A DNA stretch of 64,000 bases from Euprymna scolopes (Eukaryota). This document shows, one piece after another, positions 63,099-64,000 of this stretch; position 1 is the stretch's first letter; the number at the start of each line of letters is the position of its first letter. A program made the position numbers and the translations under genes. The DNA lies in NCBI GenBank assembly GCA_053919585.1, contig CM132793.1, one strand, 5' to 3'. A model generated the notes under the pieces. It was not told the origin of the DNA and made no database searches. It saw only the letters and a program-made list of their open reading frames with translations.

Positions 63099-64000
63099 TA
63101 ATTATTATTTAGATATCCTCAGTAAAAAAAAAAAACCGGCTTTGTTTTACAGGTTTGAAAAAAGTCTTGACAATGAATTAAAAATAAATTCAAGTTTCAC
63201 TATATCTTTTTTTTAATTGTTAGGTAAAAGTACAGAATAGTTAACAAAAAACACCCTTCCTTCCCCATGTTAAGAATGGGTTTCTAAATGTTATTTCAGC
63301 ATGGTAGCATAAGTGCACAAGTACCTTTTTATTTGTTATGTATTTGTTTTTTTTGTGCCACTAAAAAACACAATTCTACCTTAAGTTCAAATAAGTAGTT
63401 AAACACATATACTTAGTACATTTTGTTGTTTTAACGCTTTTAGTGCATTAAAAACAACAAAATATTCTTGTTTGGAAATCAAATTTGAAAAACTTGAAAA
63501 TAATTTTTTTAAATTGACGAACTCAGAATAAAAAATTCTTAGTCTAGTAAGACGAAAGCAAAAACACAGTTTTCTATTTTTAAGAGAATACTTTAGTCAG
63601 CTCAACGCGTGACATGCTTAGCGACCGTTTTTCCGTAAGCTGATTTGATTTCTATAAAAGATAACATTTGAAATAAAATTCTGCGCAATTAATAATTATC
63701 AAATATTTACATATTATACATGAAAATAATTCGGAAACTATTGTTTATATGAAAATGGATGATATATGCAGATTTATCTTACCAATTTTGAAATATTCTT
63801 CGTCAACTTTGCTCGGTCATAACTTTGCTTCCTGTGATCATAAAAATCAAAATCAAACACCAGTAGAGATGGACTTATTTGTTTATATAGCCTGTAAAAT
63901 TTCAGCCATATCCAATCCAATTTAACCTGCGCATATGTATCCAAATGCAACGTATGAAATGTAAACATTGAAAAAAAAATGTCTTCCTTTTTGCTGTTGT

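Noticed and set aside
330-63968. Remaining short ORFs in the track (e.g. 628-984, 17108-17581, 47749-47949, 62406-62591)
   Set aside because: Low-complexity, homopolymer-derived or antisense to TEs, with no recognisable domains or splice support.

Overview
AT-rich, intron-containing animal (invertebrate, probably lophotrochozoan; inferred) genomic DNA. The only host gene I can support is the 5' part of MCM7, a replicative helicase subunit, on the + strand. Five GT-AG coding exons (8386-8462, 18084-18248, 23543-23679, 48872-49052, 61575-61712) splice in frame into about 232 aa. The first coding exon and the AAA+ domain exons were not found and probably lie outside the window. The introns are very large (5-25 kb) and full of repeats. 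One contains a 23.7-kb, 494-copy, nearly homogeneous 48-bp satellite starting 50 nt after a splice donor. There are five CR1-Zenon-like LINE copies (one a single base from an intact ~971-aa ORF) and two copies of an RNase H-bearing I-group LINE with a short element sharing both its ends. Also present: Sola2, Hsmar1-like mariner, Gypsy and RTE relics, non-autonomous Helitron-like elements and fold-back MITEs. The most unusual signal is a three-copy short repeat (16.8-17.3 kb and 20.3-20.6 kb). It joins a tRNA-like Pol III head to a minimal, Penelope-type hammerhead ribozyme motif and shows inverted-plus-direct arrangements. It is a candidate ribozyme-bearing SINE/retrozyme mobilised by Penelope-like elements. 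All family assignments come from motif recognition by eye; no database searches were run, and repeat boundaries are approximate unless a TSD or terminus is given.
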